Part shown: positions 1 to 11,415 of the stretch, piece after piece
Layout: each line of letters opens with the position of its first letter
Numbering within the stretch: position 1 is the first letter of the stretch
Assembly (NCBI GenBank): GCA_030390025.1
Contig: JASTWF010000359.1
Location: forward strand, 124,001-188,000
Source of the DNA: Squalus acanthias
Lineage: Eukaryota
DNA: 64,000 bases
Direction of reading: 5' to 3'
Made by a program: the position numbers and the translations under genes
Notes under the pieces: generated by a model
Seen by the model: the letters and a program-made list of their open reading frames with translations, nothing else
What the model was told of the DNA's origin: nothing
Database searches by the model: none

Positions 1-3000
1 CTGCCCTGGGAGTGTTTCATGGGACAGTGTAGAGTGAGCTTTACTCTGTATCTAACCCGCGCTGTAGCTGCCCTGGGAGTGTTTGATGGGACAGTGTAGA
101 CGGAGCTTTACTCTGTATCTAACCCGTGCTGTACCTGCCCTGGGAGTGTTTGATGGGACAGTGTAGAGGGAGCTTTACTCTGTATCTAACCCGTGCTGTA
201 CCTGCCCTGGGAGTGTTTGATGGGACAGTGTAGAGGGAGCTTTACTCTGTATCTAACCCGTGCTGTACCTGCCCTGGGAGTGTTTGATGGGACAGTGTAG
301 AGGGAGCTTTACTCTGTATCTAACCTGTGCTGTACCTGCCCTGGGAGTGTTTGATGGGACAGTGGAGAGGGAGCTTTACTCTGTATCTAACCCGTGCTGT
401 ACCTGCCCTGGGAGTGTTTGATGGGACAGTGTAGAGGGAGCTTTACTCTGTATCTAACCCGTGCTGTACCTGCCCTGGGAGTGTTTGATGGGACAGTGTA
501 GAGGGAGCTTTACTCTGTATCTAACCCGTGCTGTACCTGCCCTGGGAGTGTTTGATGGGACAGTGTAGAGGGAGCTTTACTCTGTATCTAACCCGTGCTG
601 TACCTGCCCTGGGAGTGTTTGATGGGACAGTGTAGAGGGAGCTTTACTCTGTATCTAACCCGTGCTGTACCTGCCCTGGGAGTGTTTGATGGGACAGTGT
701 AGAGGGAGCTTTACTCTGTATCTAACCCGTGCTGTACCTGCCCTGGGAGTGTTTGATGGGACAGTGTAGAGGGAGCTTTACTCTGTATCTAACCCGTGCT
801 GTACCTGCCCTGGGAGTGTTTGATGGGACAGTGTAGAGGGAGCTTTACTCTGTATCTAACCCGTGCTGTACCTGCCCTGGGAGTGTTTGATGGGACAGTG
901 TAGAGGGAGCTTTACTCTGTATCTAACCCGTGCTGTACCTGCCCTGGGAGTGTTTGATGGGGACAGTGTAGAGGGAGCTTTACTCTGTATCTAACCCTTG
1001 CTGTACCTGCCCTGGGAGTGTTTGATGGGACAGTGTAGAGGGAGCTTTACTCTGTATCTAACCCGTGCTGTACCTGCCCTGGGAGTGTTTGATGGGACAG
1101 TGTAGAGGGAGCTTTACTCTGTATCTAACGCGTGCTGTACCTGCCCTGGGAGTGTTTGATGGACAGTGTAGAGGGAGCTTTACTCTGTATCTCACCGTGC
1201 TGTACCTGCCTGGGAGTGTTTGATGGGACAGTGCAGAGGGAGCTTTACTCTGTATCTAACCCATGCTGTACCTGCCCTGGGAGTGTTTGATGGGACAGTG
1301 TAGAGGGAGCTTTACTCTGTATCTAACCCGTGCTGTACCTGCCCTGGGAGTGTTTGATGGGACAGTGTAGAGGGAGCTTTACTCTGTATCTAAGCCGTGC
1401 TGTACCTGCCCTGGGAGTGTTTGATGGGACAGTGTAGAGGGAGCTTTACTCTGTATCTAACCGTGCTGTACCTGCCCTGGGAGTGTTTCATGGGACAGTG
1501 TAGAGGGAGCTTTACTCTGTATCTAACCCGTGCTGTACCTGCCCTGGGAGTGTTTGATGGGACAGTGTAGAGGGAGCTTTACTCTGTATCTAACCGTGCT
1601 GTACCTGCCTGGGAGTGTTTGATGGGACAGTGCAGAGGGAGCTTTACTCTGTATCTAACCCGTGCTGTACCTGCCCTGGGAGTGTTTGATGGGACAGTGT
1701 AGAGGGAGCTTTACTCTGTATCTAACCCGTGCTGTACCTGCCCTGGGAGTGTTTGATGGGACAGTGTAGAGGGAGCTTTACTCTGTATCTAACCCGTGCT
1801 GTACCTGCCCTGGGAGTGTTTGATGGGACAGTGTAGAGGGAGCTTTACTCTGTATCTAACCCGTGCTGTACCTGCCCTGGGAGTGTTTGATGGGACAGTG
1901 CAGAGGGAGCTTTACTCTGTATCTAAGCCTGTGCTGTACCTGCCCTGGAGTGTTTGATGGGACAGTGTAGAGGGAGCTTTACTCTGTATCTAACCCGTGC
2001 TGTACCTGCCCTGGGAGTGTTTGATGGGACAGTGTAGAGGGAGCTTTACTCTGTATCTAACCCGTGCTGTACCTGCCCTGGGAGTGTTTGATGGGACAGT
2101 GTAGAGGGAGCTTTACTCTGTATCTAACCCATGCTGTACCTGCCCTGGGAGTGTTTGATGGGACAGTGTAGAGGGAGCTTTACTCTGTATCTAACCCGTG
2201 CTGTACCTGCCCTGGGAGTGTTTGATGGGACAGTGTAGAGGGAGCTTTACTCTGTATCTAACCCGTGCTGTACCTGCCCTGGGAGTGTTTGATGGGACAG
2301 TGTAGAGGGAGCTTTACTCTGTATCTAACCCGTGCTGTACCTGCCCTGGGAGTGTTTGATGGGACAGTGTAGAGGGAGCTTTACTCTGTATCTAACCCGT
2401 GCTGTACCTGCCCTGGGAGTGTTTGATGGGACAGTGTAGAGGGAGCTTTACTCTGTATCTAACCCGTGCTGTACCTGCCCTGGGAGTGTTTGATGGGACA
2501 GTGTAGAGGGAGCTTTACTCTGTATCTAACCCGTGCTGTACCTGCCCTGGGAGTGTTTGATGGGACAGTGTAGAGGGAGCTTTACTCTGTATCTAACCTG
2601 TGCTGTACCTGCCCTGGGAGTGTTTGATGGGACAGTGTAGAGGGAGCTTTACTCTGTATCTAACCGTGCTGTACCTGCCCTGGGAGTGTTTGATGGGACA
2701 GTGTAGAGGGAGCTTTACTCTGTATCTAACCCGTGCTGTACCTGCCCTGGGAGTGTTTGATGGGACAGTGTAGAGGGAGCTTTACTCTGTATCTAACCCG
2801 TGCTGTACCTGCCCTGGAGTGTTTGATGGGACAGTGTAGAGGGAGCTTTACTCTGTATCTAACCCGTGCTGTACCTGCCCTGGGAGTGTTTGATGGGACA
2901 GTGTAGAGGGAGCTTTACTCTGTATCTAACCCGTGCTGTACCTGCCCTGGGAGTGTTTGATGGGACAGTGTAGAGGGAGCTTTACTCTGTATCTAACCCG

Positions 3001-5910
3001 TGCTGTACCTGCCCTGGGAGTGTTTGATGGGACAGTGTAGAGGGAGCTTTACTCTGTATCTAACCCGTGCTGTACCTGCCCTGGGAGTGTTTGATGGGAC
3101 AGTGTAGAGGGAGCTTTACTCTGTATCTAACCCGTGCTGTACCTGCCCTGGGAGTGTTTGATGGGACAGTGTAGAGGGAGCTTTACTCTGTATCTAACCC
3201 GTGCTGTACCTGCCCTGGGAGTGTTTGATGGGACAGTGTAGAGGGAGCTTTACTCTGTATCTAACCCGTGCTGTACCTGCCCTGGGAGTGTTTGATGGGA
3301 CAGTGTAGAGGGAGCTTTACTCTGTATCTAACCTGTGCTGTACCTGCCCTGGGAGTGTTTGATGGGACAGTGTAGAGGGAGCTTTACTCTGTATCTAACC
3401 CGTGCTGTACCTGCCCTGGGAGTGTTTGATGGGACAGTGTAGAGGGAGCTTTACTCTGTATCTAACCCGTGCTGTACCTGCCCTGGGAGTGTTTGATGGG
3501 ACAGTGTAGAGGGAGCTTTACTCTGTATCTAACCCGTGCTGTACCTGCCCTGGGAGTGTTTGATGGGACAGTGTAGAGGGAGCTTTACTCTGTATCTAAC
3601 CCGTGCTGTACCTGCCCTGGGAGTGTTTGATGGGACAGTGTAGAGGGAGCTTTACTCTGTATCTAACCCGTGCTGTACCTGCCCTGGGAGTGTTTGATGG
3701 GACAGTGTAGAGGGAGCTTTACTCTGTATCTAACCGTGCTGTACCTGCCCTGGAGTGTTTGATGGGACAGTGTAGAGGGAGCTTTACTCTGTATCTAACC
3801 CGTGCTGTACCTGCCCTGGGAGTGTTTGATGGGACAGTGTAGAGGGAGCTTTACTCTGTATCTAACCCGTGCTGTACCTGCCCTGGGAGTGTTTGATGGG
3901 ACAGTGTAGAGGGAGCTTTACTCTGTATCTAACCCGTGCTGTACCTGCCCTGGGAGTGTTTGATGGGACAGTGTAGAGGGAGCTTTACTCTGTATCTAAC
4001 CCGTGCTGTACCTGCCCTGGGAGTGTTTGATGGGACAGTGTAGAGGGAGCTTTACTCTGTATCTAACCCGTGCTGTACCTGCCCTGGGAGTGTTTGATGG
4101 GACAGTGTAGAGGGAGCTTTACTCTGTATCTAACCTGTGCTGTACCTGCCCTGGGAGTGTTTGATGGGGACAGTGTAGAGGGAGCTTTACTCTGTATCTA
4201 ACCCGTGCTGTACCTGCCCTGGGAGTGTTTGATGGGACAGTGTAGAGGGAGCTTTACTCTGTATCTAACCCGTGCTGTACCTGCCCTGGGAGTGTTTGAT
4301 GGGACAGTGTAGAGGGAGCTTTACTCTGTATCTAACCCGTGCTGTACCTGCCCTGGGAGTGTTTGATGGGACAGTGTAGAGGGAGCTTTACTCTGTATCT
4401 AACCCGTGCTGTACCTGCCCTGGGAGTGTTTGATGGGACAGTGTAGAGGGAGCTTTACTCTGTATCTAACCCGTGCTGTACCTGCCCTGGGAGTGTTTGA
4501 TGGGACAGTGTAGAGGGAGCTTTACTCTGTATCTAACCCGTGCTGTACCTGCCCTGGGAGTGTTTGATGGGACAGTGTAGAGGGAGCTTTACTCTGTATC
4601 TAACCCGTGCTGTACCTGCCCTGGGAGTGTTTGATGGGACAGTGTAGAGGGAGCTTTACTCTGTATCTAACCCGTGCTGTACCTGCCCTGGGAGTGTTTG
4701 ATGGGACAGTGTAGAGGGAGCTTTACTCTGTATCTAACCCGTGCTGTACCTGCCCTGGGAGTGTTTGATGGGACAGTGTAGAGGGAGCTTTACTCTGTAT
4801 CTAACCCGTGCTGTACCTGCCCTGGGAGTGTTTGATGGGACAGTGTAGAGGGAGCTTTACTCTGTATCTAACCCGTGCTGTACCTGCCCTGGAGTGTTTG
4901 ATGGGACAGTGTAGAGGGAGCTTTACTCTGTATCTAACCAGTGCTGTACCTGCCCTGGGAGTGTTTGATGGGACAGTGTAGAGGGAGCTTTACTCTGTAT
5001 CTAACCCGTGCTGTACCTGCCCTGGGAGTGTTTGATGGGACAGTGTAGAGGGAGCTTTACTCTGTATCTAACCCGTGCTGTACCTGCCCTGGGAGTGTTT
5101 GATGGGACAGTGTAGATGGAGCTTTACTCTGTATCTAACCCGTGCTGTACCTGCCCTGGGAGTGTTTGATGGGACAGTGTAGAGTGAGCTTTACTCTGTA
5201 TCTAACCCGCGCTGTACCTGCCCTGGGAGTGTTTGATGGGACAGTGTAGAGGGAGCTTTACTCTGTATCTAACCCGTGCTGTACCTGCCCTGGGAGTGTT
5301 TGATGGGACAGTGTAGAGGGAGCTGTACTCTGTATCTTACCGCATGCTGTACCTGCCCTGGGAGTGTTTGATGGGACAGTGTAGAGGGAGCATTACTCTG
5401 TATCTAACCCGTGCTGTACCTGCCCTGGGAGTGTTTGATGGGACAGTGTAGAGGGAGCTTTACTCTGTATCTAACCTGTGCTGTACCTGCCCTGGAGTGT
5501 TTGATGGGACAGTGTAGAGGGAGCTTTACTCTGTTTCTAGCCCATGCTGTACCTGCCCTGGGAGTGTTTGATGGGACAGTGTAGAGGGAGCTTTACTCTG
5601 TATCTAACCTGCGCTGTAACTGCCCTGGGAGTGTTTAATGGGACAGTGTAGACGGAGCTTTACTCTGTATCTAACCTGTGCTGTACCTGCCTTGGGAGTG
5701 TTTGATGGGGACAGTGTACAGGGAGATTTACTCTGTATCTAACCCGTGCTGTACCTGCCCTGGGAATGTTTGATGGGACAGTGCAGAGGGAGCTTTACTC
5801 TGTATCTAACCCGTGCTGTACCTGCCCTGGGAGTGTTTGATGGGACAGTGTAGAGGGAGCTTTCCTCTGTATCTAACCTGTGCTGTACCTGCCCTGGGAG
5901 TGTTTGATGG

Positions 5911-6642
5911 ACAAAATTGAGAGGTCGCACAACACCAGGTTTTAGTCCAACAGTTTTATTTGAAATCACAAGCTTTCGGAACTATCGCTCCTTCCTCAGG
6001 TGAAGTAAATTGGATACAGAATCGTCAGAGCATATATAGATGGAAAAAAAAGCATGTGTACTTTACAATTGCAGACCAATAAATTAAATCATCCTGACTA
6101 TCTGCCGAGGTGTGATAAAGTTAATTAAGTCAGCCAGGAAGGTACCACATCAAAAGACATAGCAAGATACAACTGAGACAATGAGGTGAAGTCGCAGGGG
6201 TTCTAACGTGTCAAAAGCTGCCGTCTGTATGTAAAACGAAAAGCTTTAAAAAAAATTTTACTTTTTTACTGGGAAAATTTTTACTTTTTTACTGGGAATC
6301 ACATCTGTGAACAAGCTAACGACGACTCGAGTCCGGATCACGTCATGTATCGTGACATAAACCCAAGATCCCGATTGAGACCGTCTTCATGAGTGCAGAA
6401 CTTGGCTATCAGTTTCTGCTCGATGATTTTGCGTTGTCGTGTGTTTCTAAGGTTGCCTTGGAGAACGCTTACCCGCAGATCCGAGGCTGAATGTCCTTGA
6501 CTGCTGAAGTGTTCCCCGACTGGGAGGTAACAATCCTGCCTGGCGATTGTTGCGCGGTGCTCGTTCATACGTTGTCTCAGTGTCTGCATGGTCTCGCCGA
6601 TGTACCATGCCGCGGTGCATTCTTTCCTGCAACGTATGAGGT
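5911..6642 (-). mobile_element. 5'-truncated Penelope-like retroelement: GIY-YIG endonuclease C-terminus, 3'UTR and pLTR
   Basis: Minus strand reads LIRCRKECTAAWYIGETMQTLRQRMNEH...GLNRDLGF (YIGET, HF and GLN motifs of PLE GIY-YIG), then a hammerhead motif and AATAAA. AGTGTTTGATGG occurs on both flanks. Confidence 0.92.
5966..6003 (-). ncRNA. Minimal type I hammerhead ribozyme motif in the Penelope pLTR
   Basis: Minus strand TCAC-CTGAGGA-A-GGAGC-GATA-GTTCC-GAAA-GCTT-GTGA: CUGANGA and GAAA core, 5-bp stem II, stem I TCAC/GTGA, palindromic AGCT in place of stem III. Confidence 0.8.
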
Positions 6643-6643
6643 A
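6338..6643 (-). pseudogene. Penelope GIY-YIG endonuclease C-terminal fragment (copy 1)
   Basis: ORF 6338-6589 extends upstream in frame through WYIGET to the insertion junction. No RT domain is present. Confidence 0.88.
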
Positions 6644-9600
6644 GTGTTTGATGGGACAGTGTAGATGGAGCTTTACTCTGTCTCTAACCCGTGCTGTAAC
6701 TGCCCTGGGAGTGTTTCATGGGACAGTGTAGAGTGAGCTTTACTCGGTATCTAACCCGCGCTGTAGCTGCCCTGGGAGTGTTTGATGGGACAGTGTAGAT
6801 GGAGCTTTACTCTGTATCTAACCTGTGCTGCACCTGCCCTGGGAGTGTTTGATGGGGACAGTGTAGAGGGAGTTTTACCTTGTTTCTAACCCTTGCTGCA
6901 CCTGCCCTGGGAGTGTTTGATGGGACAGTGTAGAGGGAGCTTTACTCTGTATCTAACCCGTACTGTACCTGCCTTGGGAGTGTTTGATGGGGACAGTGTA
7001 CAGGGAGATTTACTCTGTATCTAACCCGTGCTGTACCTGCCCTGGGAATGTTTGATGGGACAGTGCAGAGGGAGCTTTACTCTGTATCTAACCCGTGCTG
7101 TACCTGCCCTGGGAGTGTTTGATGGGACAGTGTAGAGGGAGCTTTACTCTGTATCTAACCTGTGCTGTACCTGCCCTGGGAGTGTTTGATGGGACAGTGT
7201 CGAGGGAGCTTTACTCTGTATCTAACCCATGCTGTACCTGCCCTGGGAGTGTTTGATGGGACAGTGTAGAGGGAGCTTTACTCTATATCTAACCCGTGCT
7301 GTACCTGCCCTGGGAGTGTTTGATGGGACAGTGTAGAGGAGCTTTACTCTGTATCTAACCCGTGCTGTACCTGCCCTGGGAGTGTTTGATGGGACAGTGT
7401 AGAGGGAGCTTTACTCTGTCTCTAACCCGTGCTGTACCTGCCCTGGGAGTGTTTCATGGGACAGTGTAGAGTGAGCTTTACTCTGTATCTAACCCGTGCT
7501 GTAGCTGCCCTGGGAGTGTTTGATGGGACAGTGTAGACGGAGCTTTACTCTGTATCTAACCTGTGCTGCACCTGCCCTGGGAGTGTTTGATGGGACAGTG
7601 TTGAGGGAGCTTTACTCTGTATCTAACCTGTGCTGTACCTGCCCTGGGAGTGTTTGATGGGACAGTGGAGAGGGAGCTTTACTCTGTATCTAACCCGTGC
7701 TGTACCTGCCCTGGGAGTGTTTGATGGGACAGTGTAGAGGGAGCTTTACTCTGTATCTAACCCGTGCTGTACCTGCCCTGGGAGTGTTTGATGGGACAGT
7801 GTAGAGGGAGCTTTACTCTGTATCTAACCGTGCTGTACCTGCCCTGGGAGTGTTTGATGGGACAGTGTAGAGGGAGCTTTACTCTGTATCTAACCCTTGC
7901 TGTACCTGCCCTGGGAGTGTTTGATGGGACAGTGTAGAGGGAGCTTTACTCTGTATCTAACCCGTGCTGTACCTGCCCTGGGAGTGTTTGATGGGACAGT
8001 GTAGAGGGAGCTTTACTCTGTATCTAACCCGTGCTGTACCTGCCCTGGGAGTGTTTGATGGGACAGTGTAGAGGGAGCTTTACTCTGTATCTAACCCGTG
8101 CTGTACCTAGCCTGGGAGTGTTTGATGGGACCGTGTAGAGGGAGATTTACTCTGTATCTAACGCGTGCTGTACCTGCCCTGGGAGTGTTTGATGGGACAG
8201 TGTAGAGGGAGCTTTTCTCTGTATCTAATCCGTGCTGTACCTGCCCTGGGAGTGTTTGATGGGTCAGTGTAGAGGGAGCTTTACTCTGTATCTAACCCTT
8301 GCTGTACCTGCCCTGGGAGTGTTTGATGGGACAGTGTAGAGGGAGCTTTACTCTGTATCTAACCTGTGCTGTACCTGCCCTGGGAGTGTTTGATGGGACA
8401 GTGTCGAGGGAGCTTTACTCTGTATCTAACCCATGCTGTACCTGCCCTGGGAGTGTTTGATGGGACAGTGTAGAGGGAGCTTTACTCTATATCTAACCCC
8501 GTGCTGTACCTGCCCTGGGAGTGTTTGATGGGACCGTGTAGAGGGAGATTTCCTCTGTGTCTAACGCGTGCTGTACCTGCCCTGGGAGTGTTTGATGGGA
8601 CAGTGTAGTGGGAGCTTTACTCTGTATCTAACCCCTTGCTGTCCCTGCCCTGGGAGTGTATGATGGGACAGTGTTGAGGGAGCTTTACTCTGTATCTAAC
8701 CCGTGCTGTAGCTGCCCTGGGAGTGTTTGATGGGACAGTGTAGACGGAGCTTTACTCTGTATCTAACCTGTGCTGCACCTGCCCTGGGAGTGTTTGATGG
8801 GACAGTGTAGAGGGAGCTTTACTCTGTATCTAACCCGTGCTGTACCTAGCCTGGGAGTGTTTGATGGGACCGTGTAGAGGGAGATTTCCTCTGTGTCCAA
8901 CGCGTGTTGTACCTGCCCTGGGAGTGTTTGATGGGACAGTGTAGAGGGAGTTTTACCCTGTTTCTAACCCTTGCTGCACCTGCCCTGGGAGTGTTTGATG
9001 GGACTGTGTAGAGGGAGCTTTCCTCTGTATCTAACCCGTGCTGTACCTGCCCTGGGAGTGTTTGATGGGACAGTGTTGAGGGAACTTTACTCTGTATCTA
9101 ACCTGTGCTATACCTGCCCTGGGAGTGTTTGATGGGACAGTGGAGAGGGAGATTTCCTCTGTGTCCAACGCGTGCTGTACCTGCCCTGGGAGTGTTTGAT
9201 GGGACAGTGTAGTGGGAGCTTTACTCTGTATCTAACCCCTTGCTGTCCCTGCCCTGGGAGTGTATGATGGGACAGTGTTGAGGGAGCTTTACTCTGTATC
9301 TAACCCGTGCTGTACCTGCCCTGGGAGTGTTTGATGGGACAGTGTAGACGGATCGTTACTCTGTATCAAACCCGTGCTGTACCTGCCCTGGGAGTGTTTG
9401 ATGGGACAGTGTAGAGGGAGCTTTACTCTGTATCTAACCCCGTGCTGTACCTAGCCTGGGAGTGTTTGATGGGACCGTGTAGAGGGAGATTTCCTCTGTG
9501 TCCAACGCGTGTTGTACCTGCCCTGGGAGTGTTTGATGGGACAGTGTAGTGGGAGATTTACTCTGTATCTAACCCCGTGCAGTCCCTGCCCTGGGTGTGT

Positions 9601-10682
9601 ATGATGGGACAGTGTTGAGGGAGCTTTACTCTGTATCTAATCCGTGCTGTACCTGTCCTGAGAGTGTTTGATGGGACAGTGTAGAGGGATCGTTACTCTG
9701 TATCTAACCAGTGCTGTACCTGCCCTGGGAGTGTTTGATGGGACAGTGTAGAGGCAGCTTTACTCTGTATCTAACCCCGTGCTGTACCTGCCCTGGGAGT
9801 GTTTGATGGGACAGTGTAGAGGGAGCTTTACTCTGTATCTAACCCGTGCTGTACCTGCCTGGGAGTGTTTGATGGGACAGTGTAGAGGGAGCTTTACTCT
9901 GTCTCTAACCCGTGCTGTACCTGCCCTGGGAGTGTTTGATGGGACAGTGTAGAGGGAGCTTTACTCTGTATCTAACCCGTGCTGTACCTGCCCTGGGAGT
10001 GTTTGATGGGACAGTGTAGAGGGAGCTTTACTCTGTATCTAACCCGTGCTGTACCTGCCCTGGGAGTGTTTGATGGGACAGTGTAGAGGGAGCTGTACTC
10101 TGTATCTTACCGCATGCTGTACCTGCCCTGGGAGTGTTTGATGGGACAGTGTAGAGGGAGCTTTACTCTGTATCGAACCCATGCTGTACCTGCCCTGGGA
10201 GTGTTTGATTGGACAGTGTAAACGGAGCTTTACTCTGTATCTAACCTGTGCTGTACCTGCCCTGCGAGTGTTTGATGTGGACAGTGTAGAGGGAGTTTTA
10301 CTCTGTTTCTAGCCCATGCTGTACCTGCCCTGGGAGTGTTTGATGGGACAGTGTAGAGGGAGTTTTACTCTGTATCTAACCTGCGCTGTAACTGCCCTGG
10401 GAGTGTTTAATGGGACAGTGTAGACGGAGCTTTACTCTGTATCTAACCTGTGCTGTACCTGCCTTGGGAGTGTTTGATGGGGACAGTGTAGAGGGAGATT
10501 TACTCTGTATCTAACCCGTGCTGTACCTGCCCTGGGAGTGTTTGATGGGACAGTGCAGAGGGAGCTTTACTCTGTATCTAACCCGTGCTGTACCTGCCCT
10601 GGGAGTGTTTGATGGGACAGTGTAGAGGGAGCTTTCCTCTGTATCTAACCTGTGCTGTACCTGCCCTGGGAGTGTTTGATGG

Positions 10683-11414
10683 ACAAAATTGAGAGGTCGC
10701 ACAACACCAGGTTTTAGTCCAACAGTTTTATTTGAAATCACAAGCTTTCGGAACTATCGCTCCTTCCTCAGGTGAAGTAAATTGGATACAGAATCGTCAG
10801 AGCATATATAGATGGAAAAAAAAGCATGTGTACTTTACAATTGCAGACCAATAAATTAAATCATCCTGACTATCTGCCGAGGTGTGATAAAGTTAATTAA
10901 GTCAGCCAGGAAGGTACCACATCAAAAGACATAGCAAGATACAACTGAGACAATGAGGTGAAGTCGCAGGGGTTCTAACGTGTCAAAAGCTGCCGTCTGT
11001 ATGTAAAACGAAAAGCTTTAAAAAAAATTTTACTTTTTTACTGGGAAAATTTTTACTTTTTTACTGGGAATCACATCTGTGAACAAGCTAACGACGACTC
11101 GAGTCCGGATCACGTCATGTATCGTGACATAAACCCAAGATCCCGATTGAGACCGTCTTCATGAGTGCAGAACTTGGCTATCAGTTTCTGCTCGATGATT
11201 TTGCGTTGTCGTGTGTTTCTAAGGTTGCCTTGGAGAACGCTTACCCGCAGATCCGAGGCTGAATGTCCTTGACTGCTGAAGTGTTCCCCGACTGGGAGGT
11301 AACAATCCTGCCTGGCGATTGTTGCGCGGTGCTCGTTCATACGTTGTCTCAGTGTCTGCATGGTCTCGCCGATGTACCATGCCGCGGTGCATTCTTTCCT
11401 GCAACGTATGAGGT
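10683..11414 (-). mobile_element. Second copy of the truncated Penelope insertion
   Basis: Same sequence, junctions and ORFs as 5911-6642, offset by 4772 bp. Confidence 0.92.
10738..10775 (-). ncRNA. Minimal hammerhead ribozyme motif (copy 2)
   Basis: Identical to 5966-6003. Confidence 0.8.
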
Positions 11415-11415
11415 A
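11110..11415 (-). pseudogene. Penelope GIY-YIG endonuclease C-terminal fragment (copy 2)
   Basis: Translation identical to copy 1. Confidence 0.88.

Noticed and set aside
1..67. 67-bp monomer as a hammerhead or HDV-like ribozyme (TTGATGGG-stem-ATCTAAC)
   Set aside because: It lacks the CUGANGA and GAAA cores, and I could not build the HDV P1/P3/L3 elements. Only a simple hairpin is supported.
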